Assembly (NCBI GenBank): GCA_964408055.1
Contig: CAYOXV010000003.1
Location: 1,437 to 42,566 of the forward strand
From: an uncultured Gammaproteobacteria bacterium
GTDB taxonomy: Bacteria; Patescibacteriota; Microgenomatia; UBA12405
Length of the DNA stretch: 41,130 bases
Direction: 5' to 3'
Shown here one piece after another: positions 1-7,515 of the stretch. The position numbers were made by a program, and so were the translations under genes. The notes beneath the pieces are model-generated. The model made no database searches. It was not told the DNA's origin and saw only the letters and a list, made by a program, of their open reading frames with translations. Positions within the stretch are counted from its first letter, which is position 1; each line of letters starts with the position of its first letter.

Positions 1-254
1 AAATTCCTAGCTTCCACATATCGTCCATCTGCTGTGCCTGCTACCCTAAAATAAATCGATCTAAAATTATTTTTGTTAATTAATTCATCTTCTACCCAAA
101 CCTGAGTTTTTCCATTTTCTATTTCAAACTTTAAATCCCTATACAAAGCGACTTTAATCTCGATATTTTTCTTTTTACCTTCTTTCACTATTCTCCCCAC
201 TTCATACTTACTCTGCCCTTTCTCTCTTATTAACACCAATATCTTTTTATCCAT
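1..254 (-). CDS. RimK-like ATP-grasp ligase, N-terminal fragment (runs off the window edge)
   Basis: Not in the ORF track. The reverse complement from the ATG at 254-252 reads MDKKILVLIREKGQSKYEVGRIVKEGKKKNIEIKVALYRDLKFEIENGKTQVWVEDELINKNNFRSIYFRVAG... and stays open to position 1. It starts 3 nt after the stop of the upstream RimK-like gene, and its layout resembles the N-domain of that neighbour. Confidence 0.4.
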   Translation of the reverse strand, partial: MDKKILVLIREKGQSKYEVGRIVKEGKKKNIEIKVALYRDLKFEIENGKTQVWVEDELINKNNFRSIYFRVAGTADGRYVEARN

Positions 255-256
255 AA

Positions 257-1153
257 TTATTTTTTTAAACCCACTAAAAACTTAATTATTTCTCTTGGTA
301 CATCAATTCCAGTTGCCTGCATAAAACCTTTAAACTGTGGTCCTTTATTTACTTCCCATACCACTGGTTTTTTAAAATCATTATCTCTAAAAGCCACATC
401 TACTCCTGCCACCAACAAACCACAAACTTTCGCCGCCTTAGTCGCCATTTCTTTTATTTCCTCTGGTAAGTCAGCTACTTCCACCTTTCCTCCCATCGAA
501 TAGTTATTTCTAAATTCTTCTTTGCTTTGACTACTTCTCTTCATTATTCCCAACACCTTATCTCCCAAAACTAATATTCTATAATCACCATCATTTGGAA
601 TAAATTCTTGCAACATATATCGTCTCCCTTCATCAATTTCTGATCTTCTTAAATCTCTCACTAATTTTTCTAAATCTTTTTGGTTATCAGCTTTAAAAAC
701 TCTAGTTCCTCTATCTCCTCCACTCCCCTTTAAAATTATTGGAAAATCCATCTTGCCTTCATTCATTACTTTTAACAAATTCCATAAACTTCCATAAATA
801 GTCTTTGGGACTTCAATCCCTGCTTTTTTTAAAGCCAACATTTGATAAGCCTTACAAGCATCACTTGGTCGTCCTTTTTCTACTAATGGGTCAACAATTA
901 TTACCTTATCTCGATCAATTGTATCTAAAACCAAATTAACTTCTTCCCAATGTTTCCCTGTTGTTCTAAAAAACAAAACTCCATAATCCTCAATTTTTTT
1001 ATTTTTAATCTTTACTTCTTCTGTTTCCGTTTCATAACTAACATCGTTGTAAGAAATCAAATCTAAACTAACTTCCATTTTTTCAGCCGCCTTTCTTAAA
1101 AGAACCAAATGTCGGCTTAATTTACCCCCATAGAAAACTCCTATTTTTATCAT
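257..1153 (-). CDS. RimK-family ATP-grasp ligase (alpha-L-glutamate ligase-like)
   Basis: The 298-aa ORF has typical RimK size and layout, including GSGGDRGTRVF (glycine-rich loop), QEFIPNDGDYRILVLGDKVLG and AGVDVAF...VWEVNKGPQF (Mg/ATP site). Confidence 0.7.
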   Translation of the reverse strand: MIKIGVFYGGKLSRHLVLLRKAAEKMEVSLDLISYNDVSYETETEEVKIKNKKIEDYGVLFFRTTGKHWEEVNLVLDTIDRDKVIIVDPLVEKGRPSDACKAYQMLALKKAGIEVPKTIYGSLWNLLKVMNEGKMDFPIILKGSGGDRGTRVFKADNQKDLEKLVRDLRRSEIDEGRRYMLQEFIPNDGDYRILVLGDKVLGIMKRSSQSKEEFRNNYSMGGKVEVADLPEEIKEMATKAAKVCGLLVAGVDVAFRDNDFKKPVVWEVNKGPQFKGFMQATGIDVPREIIKFLVGLKK

Positions 1154-1161
1154 ATTTAATT

Positions 1162-2502
1162 TTAATTTAATTTATAAATATCTTTTTTTGCACTAACTAA
1201 AAATCCATCTAAATCCTTTCTTCCTAAAAGAAATTTCGTCCTCAATTTATGTCTATCAGCTACATTAACTGCTGTAGTAATTTTCTTTCCCTTAAGCCAA
1301 AAAGTTATTCCTATTACCGGTCTATCCTTCTTTTTACCTAAGGCCGATCGATAATGTCGATAATAAAGAATTTTATCATCAGTTAATAAACCCAAATCTT
1401 GGGCTAATTTTTGATCAATTGAACTTCTAAAAGCCCCAGTATCAATCTTAACTTTCACTTCCACAAAATTCTTTTTACCCTTCCCTAATTTTATTTTTAT
1501 ATCCTCCAATGGGCCCAATGTTTTTATCTTTTCTTTTTCTACCACCTTATCAAAGAAACTTTCTCCAAATAAATATTTAGCTAAAGTAATCGCATGTTCT
1601 ACACTTCTTACTTCAATTTCATCTATTTTTTCTATTCGTGATTTTAACCCTGCCTTGTTACATATTTGAATTGAAAGTCCTGGTCTAGCATTCACTTCCA
1701 ATACTTCTGGCCCCTTTTCTTTATCCAATACCACATCAACTCCCATAAACCCTAAAGTTGGAATTGCTTTTTGACAATTTATTGCCATTTCTAATATCTC
1801 TCTCCAAAAAGGAATCTTTATTCCATTAACCTTTCTATTCTTTTTCTTACCATAATCATAAATCCTTAAAATTGAATTTACTCCACCTTCAACTCCAAAA
1901 GTAGTAATTCCAGTTGCTAAATCAATTCCCAATCCAATTGCCCCTTGATGTAAATTTGCCTTTCCTCCAGACTTTTCTGTTGGAATTCTAAACATCGCCA
2001 TCACTGGCACATTATTATAAATAATTACCCTAATATCTGGTGTCCCTGCCTTTGTTAAAGCCAAAAACAAAGGATGAATCTTAATTCTTTCTTCTACTAA
2101 AACCTTATCTGGCATCGCGTGTAAACTATATCTTCCCGCCAAAATTTCCTGACAATGTAAATTTAAATCACTAGTAGAAACTATATTTCCATTCATTTTT
2201 TGCCATTCTCCCGCCCATTTTCCTCTTCTTCGAATAATTAAAATCCCCTCTCCGCCATAGCCTGATTCTGGTTTTATTACAAAATTACCCTCCAACTCTT
2301 CCCATTTAAATTTTTCTAAATCCTCACCTGTCTTAAATCTTTTTATTAATTTTGGAACCGTCACCCCATTTTTCATTAATATTTTTTTAGTCTTAAACTT
2401 ACTATCTGCAATAGTCTTACCTGCTGCTGTATTTTTTCTCAAATATACCTTATTCCTTTCATTCATAGTTAGAAATTGTCGGTATTTTTTTAACTTAAAC
2501 AT
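1162..2502 (-). CDS. ATP-grasp ligase (alpha-L-glutamate-ligase-related type) fused to a C-terminal retropepsin-like (RimB / 'ATP-dependent Zn protease' family) domain
   Basis: The N-terminal ~320 aa carry FVIKPESGYGGEGILII, TPDIRVIIYNNVPVMAMFRIPTEKSGGKANLHQGAIGLGIDLATG and GVDVVLDKEKGPEVLEVNARPGL. The C-terminal ~115 aa carry VKVKIDTGAFRSSID, a D-T-G-A aspartic-protease signature encoded at 1435-1443. Confidence 0.7.
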   Translation of the reverse strand: MFKLKKYRQFLTMNERNKVYLRKNTAAGKTIADSKFKTKKILMKNGVTVPKLIKRFKTGEDLEKFKWEELEGNFVIKPESGYGGEGILIIRRRGKWAGEWQKMNGNIVSTSDLNLHCQEILAGRYSLHAMPDKVLVEERIKIHPLFLALTKAGTPDIRVIIYNNVPVMAMFRIPTEKSGGKANLHQGAIGLGIDLATGITTFGVEGGVNSILRIYDYGKKKNRKVNGIKIPFWREILEMAINCQKAIPTLGFMGVDVVLDKEKGPEVLEVNARPGLSIQICNKAGLKSRIEKIDEIEVRSVEHAITLAKYLFGESFFDKVVEKEKIKTLGPLEDIKIKLGKGKKNFVEVKVKIDTGAFRSSIDQKLAQDLGLLTDDKILYYRHYRSALGKKKDRPVIGITFWLKGKKITTAVNVADRHKLRTKFLLGRKDLDGFLVSAKKDIYKLN

Positions 2503-2539
2503 ATTTATTTTTAATTATTTACTATCTAAATCCAAAACT

Positions 2540-3421
2540 TTATTTCTTTTTTTCTCTTATAGCACCCTTAAATCTTTTTATTTCCGACAATCTCATCCCC
2601 TTATAATTTCCTACTAATAAATTTATTACTAAAACTAAAATCACCACCATCTCAGGATATTTCAAAACCACTCCTTGAAGCCAGTCAAAATTCATCATAA
2701 TTGCCCCAGTAATTGCCAAAATTATTGTCCCTACTGTTAATTTTTTTGCCTCTCTTTTACTCTTTACCAACTGAGTTCTAGTAAATTCTTCTGTTAAAAG
2801 AATCATGAATAAGATCGGGAAAATTGAAATTTGTCTAATATCAATTAATCTCACAAAGGAAGAAGCAATCATTAACAAAAAAGTTCCCAAAGAAATAAAC
2901 AATAAACTAATTGCTCTAGCTGGCCAAAAATGTATCTTTAATTTTCTTAAAACTAAACTACTCAAAACCGATATTAATAAAATCATGGCAAATAAAACCA
3001 ATCCTCCAAAAATACCCGTCGCTATGAAAGCAATTGCAATCATTGTTGGCATAAAAATTCCATAACCCGATAACCCCCCCATGTAATGTAGTACCGATAT
3101 TAAAGTAGCGATCAAAGGCAATAATAATAGTAATACTATAGTATTACTAGCTACTCCTCTGTTCATGGCCCGATTAATCAAAATTTTTAAACCATTAAAA
3201 CCATTCCATCTTTCTTCAACTTTTACTTCTACTGTTTTTATTTTATCTTCTACCAAATTACTTTTAACCTCTTCTATGGTTGGGACTAAAGTTGGAGAAA
3301 TTGTTGCTGTTTGGCTTGCTTCAGTAGGAGTAATCGCCCTAATTGGAACAGCTCTTACCAAGACAATACTTAAAATTAAAAAACAAAAACCAAATACTGA
3401 TAAAAGGGCAGCTTTTTTCAT
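2540..3421 (-). CDS. Polytopic membrane protein, 7TM type usually found with ATP-grasp/RimK-like ligases (no transglutaminase-like domain here)
   Basis: The 293-aa ORF has an N-terminal signal/anchor, a ~60-aa extracytoplasmic segment and then about 7 hydrophobic helices. It is the first gene of the ATP-grasp operon. Confidence 0.5.
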   Translation of the reverse strand: MKKAALLSVFGFCFLILSIVLVRAVPIRAITPTEASQTATISPTLVPTIEEVKSNLVEDKIKTVEVKVEERWNGFNGLKILINRAMNRGVASNTIVLLLLLPLIATLISVLHYMGGLSGYGIFMPTMIAIAFIATGIFGGLVLFAMILLISVLSSLVLRKLKIHFWPARAISLLFISLGTFLLMIASSFVRLIDIRQISIFPILFMILLTEEFTRTQLVKSKREAKKLTVGTIILAITGAIMMNFDWLQGVVLKYPEMVVILVLVINLLVGNYKGMRLSEIKRFKGAIREKKK

Positions 3422-3427
3422 ATTTCT

Positions 3428-3433
3428 ATTATA
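3428..3433 (-). promoter_or_regulatory. -10 box (TATAAT) 6 nt upstream of the ATG of the 7TM gene; leaderless-type promoter
   Basis: The minus strand reads C-TATAAT-AGAAAT-ATG. No Shine-Dalgarno sequence is present. Confidence 0.5.
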
Positions 3434-3581
3434 GAAGAATTTAATTTAAATTATTTATTTTTTTAAATCTAATAAATTAAATAAATAATAATTTTACAGA
3501 CTAATTTGTGCCGTATTATAGCACTATTTTATTAATTTCTATCATTTTTTAAAGATAGTCACTTTTTTCTCCCATTTAAGG

Positions 3582-3587
3582 TATAAT
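3582..3587 (+). promoter_or_regulatory. -10 box (TATAAT) 7 nt upstream of the ATG of pilin paralog 1
   Basis: The sequence is gTATAATttgatcaATG, with no Shine-Dalgarno sequence. Confidence 0.5.
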
Positions 3588-3594
3588 TTGATCA

Positions 3595-3933
3595 ATGAAC
3601 AAATTATTAGCTGTCAACATTGGAGATGCCCTTTCCCTTGGTGATGGTGCCGGTAATATAGGCGATAAATATACTAGTGTTTCTCCTCTTGTTTCTTCCC
3701 TTTTAAAAAATTCCCTCGTTATTGCTGGTTTAATTTTTCTCTGTCTCTTAGTTTTTGGCGGTGTTATGTTTATTGCTAATGCTGGTAAAGGTGATGATAA
3801 AAAAGCCAGTCAATCAAAATCTGCCATTACTAGTGCCCTAATTGGTTTTGCTATTGTTTTTTCTGCCTATTTTATTATTCAAATTATTCAAGTTCTTACT
3901 GGTGTTCAGATTTTAAATTCTACGCTACAATAA
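3595..3933 (+). CDS. T4SS pilin-like small membrane protein (VirB2/TrbC-like), paralog 1
   Basis: The 112-aa ORF has two TM helices flanking the loop ANAGKGDDKK, followed by ITSALIGFAIVFSAYFII. All six neighbours share this architecture. Confidence 0.6.
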   Translation: MNKLLAVNIGDALSLGDGAGNIGDKYTSVSPLVSSLLKNSLVIAGLIFLCLLVFGGVMFIANAGKGDDKKASQSKSAITSALIGFAIVFSAYFIIQIIQVLTGVQILNSTLQ

Positions 3934-3937
3934 ACTT

Positions 3938-4261
3938 ATGTTAGGAATATTTGGAACTATTGAAAACCCTACTAATTACACTTCCAATAATGGATCAGGT
4001 CTTTTCACTCTCTTAAGTAATATCTTAAAATTAGCTGGAGTTATTGCCGGATTATTTTTTATTGTTCAAATTATTATGGCTGGCTATGGTTATATTTCTG
4101 CCAACGGTGATCCAAAAAAAACTGAAGCTGCTTGGGCTAAAATTTATCAAAGTGCTATTGGTTTAGCTATTGTTGCCAGCGCCTTTGTTCTAGCTTCAGT
4201 CATTGGTAAAGTCTTTGGTATCAATATTTTAAATCCAGTTATTTATGGACCAGGAACCTAA
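3938..4261 (+). CDS. T4SS pilin-like small membrane protein, paralog 2
   Basis: The 107-aa ORF has two TM helices, the loop SANGDPKKTEAAW and then SAIGLAIVASAFVLA. It starts 4 nt after paralog 1. Confidence 0.6.
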   Translation: MLGIFGTIENPTNYTSNNGSGLFTLLSNILKLAGVIAGLFFIVQIIMAGYGYISANGDPKKTEAAWAKIYQSAIGLAIVASAFVLASVIGKVFGINILNPVIYGPGT

Positions 4262-4264
4262 ATT

Positions 4265-4642
4265 ATGAATCAAATAACTAAATTATTAGCTGTAGCTAAA
4301 GTTACCTATGCCCCCTTAGAAGGACCAGGTATTCCTGTTAAAAGTCAAGATGGGGCTGGTGTTCAATTGGAAACTATTATTAGTACTGTTTTTGGTTTTT
4401 TAACTATAGTTGGAGTCATTTTCTTTACTCTTCAACTCATCTTTGCTGGTTATGGTTTTCTTTCTTCTCATGGTGAACCAGATAAACTCAAAATTGCTCG
4501 AACTAGATTAACTAATGGCATTCTAGGTCTTACCATTGTTGTTATTGCCTTTGGAGCTGGTGCTTTTATTGCTAATCTTCTCGGGATCCAATATATTTTT
4601 AATCTTAATGAATTTATCGGTTCAATTAAGTTAACTAATTAA
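4265..4642 (+). CDS. T4SS pilin-like small membrane protein, paralog 3
   Basis: The 125-aa ORF has the loop SSHGEPDKLK followed by GILGLTIVVIAFGAG, and an N-terminal KVTYAP motif. Confidence 0.6.
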   Translation: MNQITKLLAVAKVTYAPLEGPGIPVKSQDGAGVQLETIISTVFGFLTIVGVIFFTLQLIFAGYGFLSSHGEPDKLKIARTRLTNGILGLTIVVIAFGAGAFIANLLGIQYIFNLNEFIGSIKLTN

Positions 4643-4643
4643 T

Positions 4644-4994
4644 ATGGATTTCATTAAACCTATCTACGCTCAAATTATCAACCCAGCTCTTAAAGATTCT
4701 GAAAGCATTGTCGCTGATCCTAGTACTTATGTTAATAGTGTTATTCAATCTATTTTTAGTGTTTTCTTTATAGTTGCTGTCGTTTATTTTATTTGGCACT
4801 TTGTTATGGCTGCTTATCACATGATTTCTTCTCAAGGTGAACCTGATAAATGGAAAGCTGCTCAAAAGTCTATTCTTTATTCTCTAGTCGGTATTGTTTT
4901 GGTCTTTTCCATCTTTGCCATTCTTAAATTTGTTGGTATTGTTACTGGTGTTCAAGGGTTACAAAACCTTAAGTTAATTTGGCCATCACTTTAA
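4644..4994 (+). CDS. T4SS pilin-like small membrane protein, paralog 4
   Basis: The 116-aa ORF starts MDFIKPIYAQ and has the loop SSQGEPDKWK followed by SLVGIVLVFSIFAIL. Confidence 0.6.
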   Translation: MDFIKPIYAQIINPALKDSESIVADPSTYVNSVIQSIFSVFFIVAVVYFIWHFVMAAYHMISSQGEPDKWKAAQKSILYSLVGIVLVFSIFAILKFVGIVTGVQGLQNLKLIWPSL

Positions 4995-5051
4995 TATTTT
5001 ATTAATTACTGTTATCATCAATTAATTATCAATTAATCATTAATTAAAAAC

Positions 5052-5432
5052 ATGTTCAAAAACATAAAAAACAAAATTCAAATGTCAGCCATAGCCGCTC
5101 CAATTTACGCTGCTGATACCCTAAAACTTACTACTGAAGGTGGCAGCTTCAAAAATCTTGAAAATTTAACTGCTGGTGGTATTATTTCTGGAGCTATTAG
5201 CTTAGTTCTTATTATCGTTGCTTTAGTTTTCTTCTTCATTTTAGTCATGGGTGGTCTTCGATGGGTTACTTCTGGTGGAGATGAGAAAAAAGTTGGTGAA
5301 GCTCGTGCTCAAATTACCAATGCTTTAATCGGTTTAGCTATCGTCTTTGCTGCTTGGGCTATTATGAAACTTATTGGCACTGTCTTCGGTATTGATATCC
5401 TTGGAAATCTTACCATCCCTTCATTCCAATAA
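5052..5432 (+). CDS. T4SS pilin-like small membrane protein, paralog 5 (start could be the internal ATG at 5082)
   Basis: The 126-aa ORF has an AAPIYAAD motif and the loop TSGGDEKKVGEA followed by ALIGLAIVFAAWAIM. Confidence 0.6.
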   Translation: MFKNIKNKIQMSAIAAPIYAADTLKLTTEGGSFKNLENLTAGGIISGAISLVLIIVALVFFFILVMGGLRWVTSGGDEKKVGEARAQITNALIGLAIVFAAWAIMKLIGTVFGIDILGNLTIPSFQ

Positions 5433-5456
5433 ATTAAACAAATTAATTTAATTTTT

Positions 5457-5490
5457 AAACCCCCTGCGAGTTAATTCAAAGGGGGTTTTT
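5457..5490 (+). terminator. Rho-independent terminator after pilin paralog 5
   Basis: AAACCCCCT (5457-5465) pairs with AGGGGGTTT (5480-5488) across a 14-nt loop and is followed by a T-run. It is the only GC-rich hairpin plus T-tract seen in the window. Confidence 0.75.
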
Positions 5491-5494
5491 AGTG

Positions 5495-5500
5495 TATAAT
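5495..5500 (+). promoter_or_regulatory. -10 box (TATAAT) 6 nt upstream of the ATG at 5507 (pilin paralog 6)
   Basis: The sequence is gtgTATAATcatttt-ATG. It lies immediately after the terminator. Confidence 0.5.
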
Positions 5501-5506
5501 CATTTT

Positions 5507-5887
5507 ATGTCAAAACTGCTCAATTTTTTTATTCCTAAACCAGTTTTTGCTCAAACCCAAAAGTGGGAAATTATTAATTCTAAATGTGTTGGTACTGGTG
5601 AATTATCTGACGTCCCCACTATTAAAGGTTTTGAATGCCTTTTTTTTAACATTCTCCAAATAATTACCACTCTCGCCGGATTAATTTTTTTCTTTATGTT
5701 TATTATCGGTGGTTTTAAATATCTTACTTCTGGTGGTGACCCAAAAAAAACTGCCACTGCTTCTTCTACTTTAACTATGTCCATTATTGGTTTAGTTGGA
5801 GTTATTGTCTCCTGGTTAATTCTTCTCCTTATTAAAAACCTAACCGGAGTTGATGTTACCACCTTCACCATTCCATCCGGCAACTAA
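5507..5887 (+). CDS. T4SS pilin-like small membrane protein, paralog 6
   Basis: The track ORF begins at GTG 5492, but that codon lies inside the -10 box, so I call the ATG at 5507 (MSKLLNFFIPKPVFAQ...). The loop is TSGGDPKKTATA followed by SIIGLVGVIVSWLILLL. The stop overlaps the next ATG (TAATG). Confidence 0.6.
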   Translation: MSKLLNFFIPKPVFAQTQKWEIINSKCVGTGELSDVPTIKGFECLFFNILQIITTLAGLIFFFMFIIGGFKYLTSGGDPKKTATASSTLTMSIIGLVGVIVSWLILLLIKNLTGVDVTTFTIPSGN

Positions 5888-7491
5888 TGACCAAAAAAAT
5901 CCTTGTCCTTATCTTTTTTTTACTTATTCCTTTCAAAATTAATGCTTCTTTTGTTTATGCCCAAACACCTACTCCAGAGCCTGAAGAAGTCGAAGAAAAA
6001 AAAAGTGGTTGGGAACAGTTCTGGGATGATTTTTTAAATATAATTATCAATATCAATTCTAGTCTTAATTGGTTTATCCCTAAAAAAAATGTTCAAATAT
6101 CTTGTGAAAAACAGACAAACTTCACTGATTATAATGCCATTAACCAAAATTCCAATTCTCGAGCCCAAAGTAATTCATCTCAAAGATACCGTAAAGGTAC
6201 CTATCTTAAGGCTATTTTAGATGGTGCTTATGACGACGATACCATTGCTTATCTCTGTAATAATGTTTGTACTAATTCCAAAACTAGTGATGAAGGTTGT
6301 ATTGACATCAAATATTCCACTCTTGTCTATTATTTTTATCAAAAAGGTGAAAAAATCCTCTATGACAAATCTGATTCTAAAAAAACCATAGATTATGATT
6401 CCACTAAAATGGAATCCTATAATTACACTATTCCCCAAGGCACTGATTCCTATTTCAAAAATCTTTATAACAATATTTCTCAAATTCCTCAAGGAGCTTA
6501 CCAAGGTGAAGCTGACACTGCCGCTGGTTCCAGTAGTGAATTAAATGGAAGTCTTCGAACTTTTATCCCAGCTTCCGCTCAAACAGAGAAACCCCCTTCT
6601 GATATTACTAATACTGATAATGCAGAAAAGATGACCAAAGATAACGAATATCATCAACGAGCTCTTTACTCAAATTTTATTCCTGCTGAAAGTCAAAAAG
6701 TTTTAGGAACTACTACTGATTCACTTAATAATGGTCAAATTCTTGGTATCAGTACTGATACTGACACCCTAAAGAAAATTTTTAGTGATGACCTCCATCC
6801 CGCTTCTTGGCAAAATAATCAAGTTCTTATTGAAGAAAGCGATGAAGATGCTAAAAAAACCAGTCGTGGAATGAGCCAATATGGGGCTGTCGGTATGGCC
6901 TTATCTAATCTTGGATACGAACAAATTCTTAAAAATTATTATGGTGATATTAAAATTGTTGATATTAAAGATTATGTTTCCAACCCAAACAATATCACTA
7001 TTAATGTCCACACTCGCAGCAATGATTCTATTTCCGATAAAACAATTTCTCTTAATCTAGAAAAATATCTTAAAGGAATTGATGAAATTCAAGATTACAT
7101 TGGTAAAAAAAACGGTGGTATGAATATGCTCAAAGCCCAAGCTATTGTTTCTCGAACCTATGCTTTTGTTCGCACTGATGGTTTCAAAAATACAATCAAA
7201 GCTACCCATGCCGACCAACTTTTCACTTACAAAAAAATAGGGAAATTACCTTATCTTAGCCAAGCTGTCGACGAAACTAGTGGAAAAATTATTGTCGATA
7301 GCACAACCAATCAACCATTTGAAACAGAATTCAAATCTAAATTCTGTGGGCCCTCTCTTTCTTATCAACCAAGCAGTATTTCTGGCCGTAGTAGTAATCA
7401 CACCAACCCCTCATACACTTCAAGTCGATCTTATGAAGATATCGCCTACCAGAAACTTTACGATAAAAGTATTGATTCCACTTGTAATTAA
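5887..7491 (+). CDS. Secreted SpoIID/LytB-like peptidoglycan-remodelling protein with a long unassigned N-terminal region
   Basis: The 534-aa ORF has a signal peptide (MTKKILVLIFFLLIPFKINASFVYA|Q). Its C-terminal half carries the SpoIID motifs SRGMSQYGAVGMA...ILKNYYGD, LKAQAIVSRTYAF, HADQLFTY and SGKIIVDSTTNQPFETEF. Confidence 0.6.
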   Translation: MTKKILVLIFFLLIPFKINASFVYAQTPTPEPEEVEEKKSGWEQFWDDFLNIIININSSLNWFIPKKNVQISCEKQTNFTDYNAINQNSNSRAQSNSSQRYRKGTYLKAILDGAYDDDTIAYLCNNVCTNSKTSDEGCIDIKYSTLVYYFYQKGEKILYDKSDSKKTIDYDSTKMESYNYTIPQGTDSYFKNLYNNISQIPQGAYQGEADTAAGSSSELNGSLRTFIPASAQTEKPPSDITNTDNAEKMTKDNEYHQRALYSNFIPAESQKVLGTTTDSLNNGQILGISTDTDTLKKIFSDDLHPASWQNNQVLIEESDEDAKKTSRGMSQYGAVGMALSNLGYEQILKNYYGDIKIVDIKDYVSNPNNITINVHTRSNDSISDKTISLNLEKYLKGIDEIQDYIGKKNGGMNMLKAQAIVSRTYAFVRTDGFKNTIKATHADQLFTYKKIGKLPYLSQAVDETSGKIIVDSTTNQPFETEFKSKFCGPSLSYQPSSISGRSSNHTNPSYTSSRSYEDIAYQKLYDKSIDSTCN

Positions 7492-7515
7492 CAACAAATA
7501 AATTTAAACTAAAAT

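Noticed and set aside
2805-3434. Two plus-strand ORFs (2805-3065, 3165-3434) lie antisense to the 7TM membrane protein gene.
   Set aside because: They sit entirely inside a longer ORF with coherent membrane-protein features. Their low-complexity translations are typical of shadow frames in AT-rich DNA.
4995-5051. An AT-rich spacer before pilin 5 contains reiterated ATTAAT/CAATTAAT strings.
   Set aside because: This is low-complexity AT-rich sequence. The repeats are short and imperfect, and I cannot distinguish a binding site from composition.
5996-6004. Homopolymeric A runs occur in coding DNA. Examples are A9 in the SpoIID-like gene, the runs encoding DPKKT in pilins 2 and 6, and many in the 976-aa gene. 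They might act as phase-variation switches.
   Set aside because: Such runs encode Lys-rich segments and are expected in a very AT-rich genome. All the ORFs are intact, and there is no population evidence for length variation.
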